A DNA stretch of 55,372 bases, counting the filler, from Sphacelaria rigidula (Eukaryota): the NCBI GenBank assembly GCA_964200075.2. It is 6 parts of 6 records of this genome, joined end to end, with 100 filler letters (N's around TTAATTAATTAA, not from the genome) between each part and the next. Parts side by side here need not be neighbours in the genome. Positions count along the whole stretch, not along the records: positions 36,983 to 46,127 come from CAXNAA020009189.1; positions 46,228 to 55,372 come from CAXNAA020009190.1; 4 more parts are not named here. One strand, given 5' to 3'. Under the pieces are notes generated by a model. It saw only the letters and a list, made by a program, of their open reading frames with translations. It had not been told where the DNA came from and ran no database searches. The translations under genes were made by a program, and so were the position numbers. This document shows, piece after piece, positions 38,121 to 49,528 of the stretch (position 1 is the first letter of the stretch; each line of letters starts with the position of its first letter).

Positions 38121-39613
38121 CCGTACAGGTAGGATGTGAAATAGGAGCGGGCAACGTGCAGACAGCGTAGGACTATCTGTTCTCTTTGCTTGCAATGCGA
38201 CGCGAAAAGGACTTGGACAACGTGCAGCTTTGTACTGCCTGCACTGTCCGTGAGTGTACGCAAGTCGGCCGTCCACCCTACAATGCAGTACCATGCAAAA
38301 AGATGCTCAAGTTTTTGCAGACAAACATAATCACACGATAGCCAACTACTGCAGCATATATACCCCCGTGCCTAACTTGTGCTCTATACTGCAGGGTTGC
38401 GGTGGTACCTGATAATGGCTTGTGTGTGATTTGCATGATTCTGTGAACGGGTGGGTATCTGGCGTGGTGGTCTGCAAGATAGGAGTCAGGCACCCCCTTG
38501 TACCTTTTCTTCGGATGTTTTCGATCGCTAAAGGCAAGCGCAGGTCGAGTAGGGTATGTACTTTGGGAGTCTCGGGGTAAATACCCAGGTATTTACTCTA
38601 CCCAAGGTTTGGGAAGATTGGGTACGGCCTTGAATGCTTTACCCAAATTTTGGGGAATTTGGGTAAGTTATCTACCCAAGTTTTGTGTGAGCGCCCTCAG
38701 TAATACCTGGGTCTGGAGGATCACTTGGGTATGACCTTAATGCTCTACCCATTTTTTGGGTACATTGCGCAGAAGGAAGTTGGAGTGCTAAAAACAAAGA
38801 AAAAAGAAAAAAGAAGACACTCCTGTGTTGACATTCCTCCTGTGTGACCCCGGTTGGTGCGCCCACACAAACCGAAAGGTGTAGACCGGCGTCCAGAAAA
38901 GATAGGACGGCAACAAACACATTGGAATGTGTTTGTTGCCGTCCTATCTTTTCTGGACGCCGGTTTACACCTTTCGGTTTGTGTGGGCGCACCAACCGGG
39001 GTCACACAGGAGGAACGTCAACACAGGAGTTTTTTGTTTGTTTGTTTTTTAGTACCCCACCTTCCTTCTGCTGTGCTTGCCTTTTTATTTTTTATCGCGA
39101 GAGGGGTCCAGCAGCCCCTTTCCCTCGTCGACCGTTAAGTCGAATTTTGTGTACCCACGACATAGTCGCTCTCCACTGTTGGGCATGTTGTGAGAAAAAA
39201 TCCTAGATTGCTCCAGGAATTGAACCCCACTACTCAACCGTCAGAATGTTTTGAGTTTACCAACTGAGCCACCGGGGCGACCGGCTACTCGGTACGATAC
39301 AAAATACTCTACCCCATTTGGGGCAGATTGGGGTAATTATTGGGCAAGCACTCTCAGGAATACCTGAGTATAGCATATCACTTGGGCATGAGCGCAATAC
39401 TCTTTTTTCTTCTATCCTTATTTTTTTTTTGCTGCTCCTGACCACGGGCTGGATTGTTGCAATCAGCTAATAAAAGATAATCAACCAACTCCACCCAAAA
39501 TTTTGGATATGTTGGGTACGATTTTCAATACTCTACCCAAATGGTCGGGTACTAAGAGTATGGGTTTTAAAAATATGTCGAATACCGAGTATACCCTACC
39601 CGGCCTGTCCTTG
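37438..39613. mobile_element. Larger or nested hAT-type non-autonomous element(s), same TIR family as 1882-2086, with subterminal AATACTCTACCC repeats
   Basis: Left-type ends CAAGGGCAGGTCGGGTAGG (37438) and CAAGCGCAGGTCGAGTAGGG (38535), right end CCCTACCCGGCCTGTCCTTG (39613), and many AATACTCTACCCA/TTTGGGTA units. It is unresolved whether this is one element or two. Confidence 0.65.
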
Positions 39614-40284
39614 AAAAATACAACCCTCCCTCCCTCGAAATGATGATTTGGATCTAATGTATTCAGCGCTAATGGAGGGGGAAATCTGGGGGGTGCTACA
39701 CTTCGTCATATCGCTGAGGTTGTTGCGTGTTGTACTTTGTATTTTGATGCTGCTTGAAAGATTCGAGTGACCTCGGTCTTTTCGAACGATTGTTTTGCAT
39801 TTATGCAAATCTCTCACTCACCACTATAACCTTCTGCACCCCGACGCCTTCTCGCCACTTCATGATATTGTTCCACAACAACCTCGATCAGAGAATGTTG
39901 GTCGCTGGCTGTTGGTCCCCAGCCTGGTAGCGGGAGCGCACCGTAGCCGGCCGCATACCCTTCCCGATATTGCACCGCATGTTTGGTATCCACAGATCGC
40001 TCATTCGACAGCCATCTGCTCATGCTACTCCTAGCTTCAGCACGATTGTACGTGCTACGTCTAGCTCTTCCAGGGCGGAGATGCCGTAGTTTTTTTGCGC
40101 CATCATCGTTAGGCTGAAGTGCTGGTGCTAATGTTGTGAGTGTTGGTGCGGTTGGCGGTTTCGTTGATGCTATCGCTGTCGTTGACAGGACGAGGACTGC
40201 TAACACTGACCGTATGCCTAGCTGCAGTACTTTGTGTTGTTGCACAGCGATCCTACGTCTGCTGCTGTTGCTACGGCGAATCAT
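38409..40284 (-). CDS. Candidate first two exons of a signal-anchor/secreted protein of unknown function
   Basis: ATG at 40284 opens 463 nt to a strong donor G|GTGAGT at 39822 and includes the hydrophobic stretch LGIRSVLAVLVLSTTAIA. A phase-compatible 63-nt exon 38471-38409 (cttgcag| DHHARYPPVHRIMQITHKPLSG |gtacc) follows. No family was recognised. Confidence 0.4.
38768..39285 (-). mobile_element. tRNA-derived SINE (38926-39285) with an inverted partial copy (38768-38923) joined tail-to-tail
   Basis: Homology to 12942-13308 including the A box. A 105-bp inverted repeat is centred on 38924-38925. Confidence 0.88.
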
Positions 40285-40846
40285 CTTATGATCACGCCAT
40301 GCAGGTGGATTGGGCTCAGTACAGACAAGATATCGATGCATATCTCACTTGCAAGCTACAGAGATCGATCAGCGTAGGCTCTCACGTGTACGACCGCATA
40401 TGTCGTGGGTACCTGTGTGTATTTTCGCCTACACATTGAAATCCAGACCCGTGATCACAGGGGGTACTTTCTCAGCTGAAAAGATCAGGTATATAACTGC
40501 AGCATGTAGCACAGAACACGGTGCGGGATAATGTGTTTCGGTGATAAGTAAGATTTCAGTCCATATTATCAGTACATGAGAAAATAGTACAGCATCGTGG
40601 GTTAGAAAGTAAAATCCGAGAAAGAATTACACAAAATCGAAATATCACAGCTTCGTGACCAGTGTTTTCACCGATCCTTTAATTAATAGTATACTGCGCA
40701 CTAACCACGATATATGTATCATGGATAATGATTCTTGTACACAGCGACGAGCGACACATGTTTCATGTTAACACCGTGACATGTTGCAGACCAAAAGCTG
40801 TGCAAGAAGCATAGCCATACTACATCAGCACCGACAGGCCGCCATC

Positions 40847-41912
40847 ATGAGCGTATTGTTGAGGGTGTTGTTTTTTCTTGCGACGTCATCTCGTAGCTGG
40901 GCGTTCATTGCTACGCCACCGGTCGCCGATGCTGCGCAGCGAGGTCACCACCGAGTTCATCATGCGTCGCAGCCAGCCGGCCGATTCCCCAGCAGTAGCG
41001 TCATGCGCACCGCATGCCGCCAGGTGAAAGGACATACGTTGTTATATCTTAGCCTTCCTCGGTTTCATAAAGTGGCATAGAATCAATGCTGAGCATACGG
41101 ACGGGCCTCTCTATTGATCATTACAAGTGTACATGAATGGCCGGTACCTGATACACCCAAAAATTCACCAGCACCTTTTCCGAAGGTACACGCGATAGGC
41201 GTCGTTTCGGAACAACATCTCGATCTTCCTTCTCGCTCCGAAGTATGGCATGCACATATTTTGGCGCGAAGACCCACCACCAATTACATAGTCGTGATGT
41301 GTTGCTATTCATGCTGTTTACTACCGTCAGGTGAGTTATACGGCACAATCGTCTTTGTCGTTAAGTTGTCCCGTTGACCTTGAAGCATTTCCCACGGGTT
41401 TGTGGGAGACGTTCGTCATGCACTCCCCGAATATGTGACTACATTTCGTCCGTTGCTGTCATATTGTACCCACCTTTGTGGGCTCAGGCTGTTTTGGGAA
41501 CATGAGGGGCTTATAACTTTGCTTCCAGGAGTTTTATTATATACGTTTACTCCGGTTCAGTATTGTAGATGCTGTACTGTTGCAGTCCCCAAATAGCGAA
41601 GACCTCATCAGCGGGGCGTGGTGTTCGGCAAAGAGGGTGGTATACCACGTATGAGTGTTATACGTCGAAGTATAAGGTACGGCAACATGAACTGTGTAAC
41701 ACCTGCTCGTCCCATCCGTCCCCATGACCAAAGAAGCAGCACTATCGTTGACGATATGGGTTGGTCGCGATTGTCTTGATCCAAGCGTGAACACAAGAAT
41801 GAGGTATGACCGAAAAATGATTACTTTCGTGAAGTTAACTTCAGTGACTAACCCATACCTAGTCTGTATTGACCCTTATGAAACATGAAGTGCGCCCCAG
41901 GTGACATAATAT

Positions 41913-41950
<38 letters not shown>

Positions 41951-44900
41951 TCCCTCCCCCTCCCTTTTTTCCTTTTGTTGTGTTTGTGTGGTCGCCGCCC
42001 CCCTCCCTTTTTTTNNNNNNNNNNTAACTTCAGTGACAAACCCATAACTAGTTTGTTTTTCCCCTTATGAAACAAGAAGGGCCCCCCCGGGGAAAAAAAA
42101 ACCCCCCCCCCCCCCCCCCCTCCCGCTCTGTCACATATTGTCCGTGCCCGTTTTTATTGAAAAATTGAGGTTGACTGTAGCCCGTTACCCCGACCGTTGT
42201 TGTACTGTCGTAGCCTACGGTGCGAATTCCCCCGTGGACGTTGTAGCTGTTTTCCTTCTGACCAAGCAGGTCCGCACTGTGTACCGGTCTGACACATCAT
42301 GAACCTGTCGTTTCCCTGTTTTTTCCAATCAGAAAACGGAGAACCTGACGGAAAAATTTCCGAGGGTACCCCACCGATTAGGACGGACCTGAGTGACCAG
42401 GAACACGAGCAGACCAAATTCATCAGCTTTTTGTGTTCTGTCCCGGACAGCTAGCCAGTCGAGCTGTCGTGAAGTATGGCACAGAGTGGTCGATTTGACT
42501 GATCGTCGCAGTCCATCCGATTCTCTACAAATTCACCCGTGGCCACAAGATAGATGTGTACCCACAGTGGTACAAACGGAAATATTCACAAAGGGCGGCT
42601 GTTCGCGAATGTGCTGGACTGGAGTCTTTGCGGCGAACTGAACAGGAAACTACGTCATTTCATTTCTTTATTCGCCGTTGGCTGCTCGTGTGCTCAGCGA
42701 TGGAGCTTCAAGGCGACTCTCGACTGTTGTTTTTTGTTAATTAGCCGTTTTTGAGCTCCCGCATATTGACCCGAATAGGTATGTGGTTGACCCCGTCGTA
42801 GCGCTGACGGTCTACCAACCAACACGGCATCAATCATCGTTCCAAATACATCATGTTCTTGTGGTCTGTCCATTTGTGTGGTATCTCGTCACATTTGTTT
42901 GTCATCAAGAGAGAGGAAGACCCATCTGTCCCAGGGTGGTATTCTATGCCTTGCTTGTACATCACGCTGCGGGTGCAACACTCACACCAACAGTTCGCCC
43001 TTTATCCGTCTCGCTGGCGTGGCCTTCATTGTGTTGTGTTTTTGGTTGGTTTCACTACCAACAGGCGGCGCGGACGAGATGCTTCATGGCGGCGGAGGAA
43101 ATGGAGCAGATCGTAGATTTCATCTGGGCCAAAAAACTAGAAGACTTAGATGAGGTGATATGTCATTAGACATTGTTGCAGATTATATTCTGTCGTCGGC
43201 TGTTCTTAGCTGGTGGCTGTTGATGTTCTTGTCGTTTTTGTCCTCTCTCGTGGTTGCTGCCGTGGTTGTTATTGTAGTTGTTGTTTGCTCTTGAATTTGA
43301 TATGGATGATGATATCCTTGGCTGTTGTCATTGCTGCTGCCAAGAGTGGCGTTTCTGTTGTATCCTTCCACCTGTAGCTATCTGTCGCTGTCGCTGTCCT
43401 GCACAGCAGATAAGTGGCCCAGAGCAAACAACAAATGCGAGTTTGATACCGTGACCCCGGGGAAGGACACATCGCTCACAACACGTATTCGGGACCGTTT
43501 GTGAATTTGCATGTCATTCGTCCGTTGTATGTTCAAAGTTGTCCTCACTGTTGCTGCACTGCTGCTGCTTGTATCTTCCATCTCTCTCCGGTTGCTGCTG
43601 TGTCCTCACTTATTCAGGCGGCCGGAGTCGCCGAATACGAATTTGATATCAAAGCCCCAGAGCGCATGACCATGAGCCTGAACGACCGGATCACGCGGTT
43701 AATCAAAGACAAGGCGGATTACCCAGGATTCCGCAAAGGAACGGTGAGTCGAGCGGTCTAGCGCAGTGCAGTACAGGGCGGTACGGTGAGGATGATCGTC
43801 TTTCCGCGAAGCACTTTGATCCGCTACCGTAGGAACCAGGGGTTTTCCTATTTCTTCACGAATGTTTCCGGGGGCGTTGGTTCCGGGAATTTTCAATTTT
43901 CAATGTTTTGTGTCGCCTTGTGGAGTGTTTGTTTCTTTCCCAACCTCTGGTTTATGCCGCTGTGTGCCATAGCCCGCATCCTCACACCCAACAAGTCCTC
44001 ACATATGGGGGTGACTCGGAGTCAGCTAGCTCTCTTCTCGAACGCAGGGACACACTTAGTTGATCACTCTACCGAGCCTTCGGACATGACGTGGATCGTT
44101 GCCGACCTTGCTGCCTCTACCGGGGCGACTGATGACATTTTCTTGCAGCTCTTGAGTCCCGAGTACAAGTGATGTAAACTCGTGATATTCATCGCCCCCG
44201 ATGACAGCATGATGTCTATTGTCCACGTCATGCTCCAAGACCTGGCGAGAATTTCTCCGGGAAGAGTGTCGGTGCTGTGTGCAAGAAATATGACTCCAAT
44301 GATGCCTACGTGCGGTGAGTTGTGGACTTCGTTGATGTGGGCTGTGGCGCACCATCATGGAACAAAAAACAAAAATCACCGTGCGCATGCGGACGGATTG
44401 GATGTCAGAGTTTGCGAGGAAATACGGTCGAGAAAACATACTTCATATTTCCACAAGATGTGATGTTCCTACTACGTTTTTTGCGTTGTGCCTTGCTCCA
44501 TTTTTTCTTGTTTTCGTTCCTCGTTTGGATGATGGGGATGCTCCTTGGGTGGAGGTCGTGCGTGGACTTGCTTCCGATCGATCGGATTATTTTTGAATGT
44601 TTTCTTGAGAAATCCATTCGCAAAGGAAAAGAGACGACACACCACACCCTGGACAATGGATTGCATTGTAAAAAGTGTACAGCGTGCAGTGTGGACTATT
44701 GCATCTATCGTAATATAGTACCTCAAGTTCAAAGTAGCACGAGTTGTTTCGTTTTTTTTCTCGCGTACCCCTCTTCGATAGAACTCGACAGTGCTAGCGT
44801 CGGTAGATTTTGTAATGACAAACAGATCGTCCTCAAAAGGCAGTGCCCAAGTCGGGGTTAGATCGTGCTATCGGGCAATACGTGTAGATATCACGTATAT

Positions 44901-46025
44901 CAGGAGGGTGTTATTGACCGTGGAACACGGTTTTCGGCTCTAGTCCAATGGGTAGGGAAAATTTCATAGCAATAAACCTTTTCGTTTCTCGACAAATACG
45001 ATCGGGACAGGCTCGATCGACCGAAGATCCCGAAGAGGCACAATCTGGGCTGAAGAGTGTGAAGACCCCGTATGACCGTTCAGCCCGTGAGTCACTCAAT
45101 ATTGAACACAGATTGCTTTTTTTCTGAGGCTGTGGAGCGGATGCTAGTATCTACAGGTCCCGAATGTGACGAGCGGTGGCAAGCGAAAGAACCTATGAAA
45201 ATGGCCCATCACAAAGAAATTACGAAATACCGTACTTCGAATTCAAGGTACTGTAAACAAGAGATTCCATGCTGTACGCAGTACACTTTTTCGCAAATCT
45301 AATATTTTGTCCAGGGCGTGTAACACACTTCCACTATAACATGCGGCCCGGCGTTTTGTGTGTTGTATTTTGTTCCATTTTTTTTCCGTGCGGATGGATT
45401 GTCGTTATTCGTGGCTATTGGCTGCTGTGTGAGTCAGTGCGTTCCTTCGTCTCTTGTTTTATCTCACTGATTTCCATTTGGTATTTGCGGTTTTTAATTT
45501 TGTTCCTCCTTGTCTCTGTCTATCTGTCTCTGTCTCTGCCTTCCCCCCGTCTCTGTCTCTGTCTCTGTCTCTCTCTCATACCCGTACCCATGATTGTGTA
45601 GCCGAAATAGCTGAGCCGTATCCTGTCCCCACGGCCTTTTCTGCTTTATTTTGGGTATGACTGCATGTGCTTTGTCGCGCAAGACCTTTTTTTTTTATCC
45701 CTGCCCGGTTTTGTTTTGTCTCCTCTTCCCAGGGTATCCCGGTTTCATGTTCCATCTCTCTCTCATCCCTTCACGTCTCCTTTTTCTCAGCGAGCGTTTT
45801 CGTCTCTATTTCCGTTAGGTCCGTCTATCTCGTGGATAATGACCACAGCTGTGTCCATCGGGGATCCATTAATATGCGACCATCAATCAATGGACGAATA
45901 AATGAATCAACCATTTGATTAATCCTGTGTGTTGCATCTGTTGCATCTGCTGCCATGCCTGTCCATCGGGCGTCTCATGTTCTTCTCCCCAGATTCCGCT
46001 CCAAATAATGGGTCAGGTTAACAAG
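40847..46025 (+). CDS. tig: Plastid-targeted trigger-factor-like protein (ribosome-binding N domain), first four exons, 3' part beyond block end
   Basis: All-phase-0 GT-AG exons 40847-41023, 43065-43154, 43618-43743 and 45993-46025. The bipartite presequence is MSVLLRVLFFLATSSRSWA-F. The spliced product contains YPGFRKGT|IP, the trigger-factor GFRxGxxP signature, which is completed only across the exon 3/4 junction. Confidence 0.8.
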
Positions 46026-46227
46026 GTGAGGGGTGTGGGTGACTGTCATTTGAATTTTACTCTAGGACCGAAGCTTTCAGGAGCAGGGCGGCGCGTGTAC
46101 TGCGCCAAGTTGATAGGGGGTTTTAGTNNNNNNNNNNNNNNNNNNNNNNNNNNNNNNNNNNNNNNNNNNNNTTAATTAATTAANNNNNNNNNNNNNNNNN
46201 NNNNNNNNNNNNNNNNNNNNNNNNNNN

Positions 46228-46307
46228 CTTAAGACAACCAACTAGACTACTGACCAGTCAGCGCTGACTGGTCAGTAGTCTAGTTGGTTGTCTTAAGAAC
46301 CGTCACA
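46228..46307. repeat. Palindromic mini-element, copy 2: perfect 70-bp loop-less palindrome (46228-46297)
   Basis: CTTAAGACAACCAACTAGACTACTGACCAGTCAGC|GCTGACTGGTCAGTAGTCTAGTTGGTTGTCTTAAG followed by AACCGTCACA. Confidence 0.9.
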
Positions 46308-46415
46308 AAAGGTAGTCACAGACTGCACGGTGGGTTTTCTCTAGATCTCCAAACATTTCGTTTCACCTTTACTTTTATCGCCCTATCCTGAACTTTCACT
46401 TTCACCAACGTGCAG

Positions 46416-49128
46416 GGCGGAGAGAGTCTGCGAATTGGTTGCGGTGACGACCTGAAGAAGATGTTCGACGACCCTTGCCGCGGAGTGCGCAAAAAGATCA
46501 AAATAACCTACGTTGCCAGGTTTCTTCTCTGGGCTGCCGGTCACGGCTCTCGTATATGCATCTTCAATGTAGTAAACTAATATCGGTCAGTTAACGTCCG
46601 AAACTGCAGGAACAGAATTGCGAGGTAATCTTCCTCGCCTGATGTTGGGTATAGAGTTCAGCCGCACTCTTCGTCTGTGCGCCTCCATCCGCGCTGCAAC
46701 CTGTATACTGTCTTCAGTGCTCTTGGATAGAACAGGCTCAAAGTATGCTATACATGACTGAGAAATTACACCTTTGCTTCCTTCGCATGCCCATTGACTC
46801 TCGAACCGTGCTAGATACCAGCAGATGGTGCCATCCTTGCATAAACGTTGCGTAGTTATCGTAATGTGGGGCCACTAGCTCACGATATCCTCCGGGACTT
46901 TACTTCAATCATGTCGCACTGAACTCCTGTCCGTACTCCCTCGCGCCTCCTCGAAACACCCAGCACAGAGGTCTACACGGGCGAGTGCGCGTCAAGGAGA
47001 GCAATCGACGCCTCGTGGCTGACGTCATCGTCGGCTACTACAGCCGAGAAAACTTCAGCCACAGCGAGCTCCTCGCCAAGCGCTATCGCGATGCAGCTGC
47101 ATCGAACGCAGTAAAAGCGAATACCCATGACGCCCACCACGGTTCGACCAATGCCTCCTCATTCCACTGCAACTATCAACTCCCCGGAGAATCCGACGAT
47201 AGCGGCGACGACGATGTGGCACAAGGACCACTTGCAGACCCGATGGCTATTTCTGTCTTTGACACGAGTCTCACCTGCCGCGGCTCCGATATCCCTAGTT
47301 TTGACACTAAAATCGTCAACGGTAACCTTCCATCCGCAGCAGCAATAGCGAGACGCCAGACGAAACGCGAACGCCGAGACGCGCACCAAGTTTCGATACG
47401 GAGGAAAATTGAGGAGAAAGAAGCAGAGCGCCGCAGGATGTCAGCGGAAATAGACAGGTGAGTCGTCTCCCAGGATAGTGACCCTGTCTTCCCGGGCATT
47501 GGCATATACTTCTAGCCCCCTCGGCAGCATGGCCAATACCAAGGAATGAGAGTCTTAGTGCTTCGGGTGGAAGAAATGAGCCTGTTCTTGTACTCAGGGG
47601 TAGAAATCACACCTGGTATTCCGCCCCATTCCCTACCGTTGATGAATTTAGGCGGAACCGGGAGGCGGCACGTACCTTAGCGGCGTCTGAGGCGGAAGCG
47701 CGCGGTCGTTTGATCGCGCTGCGGCAAGCGGATGCAGTAAATGAAAATGGCCTGCTCAAGGTGGTTTCGCCCCTCATGAAACGTACACTGTTGAGGCTGA
47801 GGGAGAGGGCTAGTAATGCTGCGACAGGCGTCGCTACCAGAAGCAGAAGGAAAAATGACGACACCGTGCAAACCGTTGGTGATGGTGGAGATCCGACAGT
47901 AGTGCTGGGTATCGTCGCAAATCAACCTTCCCCCAACACTGGTGCGGGCGAAGAGAGCACTGGCAACAGTCGTCGTCACGATGTCACGTATTTTCCGAAT
48001 GTATCATCCATCAAAAATAGTGTCAACATCGCACGTGTGACGGGTGAAGGTGAGGACGTAGTTATACAACGCGGGAACAGCACAAACGCGGCCGCGGGTG
48101 ACCGGCGGCAATCTGGTGAAAGCTGGGGCAAAAAGATGAATTACCTCCCTACTCATAAGAGCAAAGCAAGCATGGACCAGACGGAAATAGCAGCCCCAGC
48201 TCGGGAGGGTCACGGGAAGGAAAGAACATTAGTCAGCCACAAAGTTAGTCATTTTGATGATGAGCAACGACGAAGTATGCACCGGCGTAGCAGCATTCGC
48301 TTCGCCGATGAAGCCGCGGTACCAGTGGCCGGGGATGATGGAATGACTACTGCAGGAAAGGACATCTACCTTGCGGATAAGAGAGATGCAATCGCACGGG
48401 AAAATCGTGCTTTCAGGAAAATTTCAACAATGCGGGAGGAACGGGAGAGTCACGAGCGTAGAGAGGAAACCTACAGCCCTGAAGGCAAACACGCCGATGG
48501 GCCAACGGTATCTTCAGGGACACAAGAATATTTGGACGTTGAAAAGAGACTGCAGACACTTCGTCGGTCAGGGCATCAGAACGGACATGAAAAGCTGCAC
48601 CTGACGCAAGATCGTTCTCGAGAACAACCTCAAAATACCGTGGGCTCTACCGAACAACAGATACCCCGAGATTCCGAGGTAGCTGTCTTTACTCGATCCC
48701 CGAAAGGGGCAGATTACACAACCACGGGCAACTCGCCCCCGGAAGGAAATACAGAAAATGCGAAGTTGTGTAATGACGAGGGGGAAATTGTTCCTTCGAT
48801 CGCGGATGTCCGGGAATCGTCATTAAATGCAGACCCACCGGCCCGTATTTACACAGGAGCGCCTGCCGCCCACGCACTATTCCCCGCATCGCGCCAGAGT
48901 GGTTCTCGCGATGTCACAAACACAAAGGAGCCACGAGCGGTATTTGTCCATCGGGCATCGTTACTTGAAGCGGGCAAGGTGGCGATGGCAATGGGTGCAG
49001 GCCACCGCGGTAGTTTCGGGAGCAGTTGTGCTGGCGGGGTTGGAGGTGGAGAAGATGGCCAACCCTTTGCGGGGGAACGCCGACGACCCAGCAAGCCTGG
49101 AGTTGGTTCGTTGCCCATTCCAAGTTGA
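46416..49128 (+). CDS. Last three exons of an uncharacterised protein: DPC-motif (DUF3395/SUEL-lectin-like) domain, coiled coil, long disordered tail
   Basis: Phase-consistent exons 46416-46519, 46969-47457 and 47652-49128 (TGA). The spliced sequence reads KMFDDPCRGVRKKIKITYVAR|GLHGRVRVKE, then a charged helical segment (RRKIEEKEAERRRMSAEIDR|RNREAAR) and ~470 low-complexity residues. Confidence 0.7.
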
Positions 49129-49177
49129 ACTGTTCAGCAAAACCCTCGGGTAAAGCTCGGGAACGTTCGTTACAGGG

Positions 49178-49528
49178 GTGTGTGTTGTGTGTGTGTGGTC
49201 GTCCCGTCTATTCTGGGCGCCGGTCTACATCTTTCGGTATATGTGGGCGCACCAGCCGGGGTCACACAGGAGGAAGGCCAACACAGGAGCTTTTTATTTT
49301 TCATTTGTTTTTAGTACCCCGCCTTCCTTCTGCGGTGCTTGCCATTGTTTTTCATCGCGGGAGAGGTTTAGCAGTCCCTTTCTCTCGTCGACCGTTCAGT
49401 CGAATTTTGTGTACCCACGACATAGTCGCTCTCCACTGTTGGGCATTGTTTGAGAAAAGATCCCAGATCCCACGACCCAGCCGTCAGAAGGTTTCGAGGT
49501 TACCAACTGAGCCACCGGGACGACCGGC
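49178..49528 (-). mobile_element. tRNA-derived SINE copy just downstream of the 49128 stop codon
   Basis: Full-length homology to 12942-13308. The A box is intact and the B-box region is deleted. Confidence 0.85.

Noticed and set aside
41826..42125. Direct duplication with long poly-C runs either side of a small N gap
   Set aside because: Looks like a low-quality read overlap at a homopolymer, i.e. an assembly artefact.
45993..46519. Joining trigger-factor exon 4 to the 46416 exon (both phase 0)
   Set aside because: They are separated by an artificial linker, and the downstream protein has no trigger-factor features.
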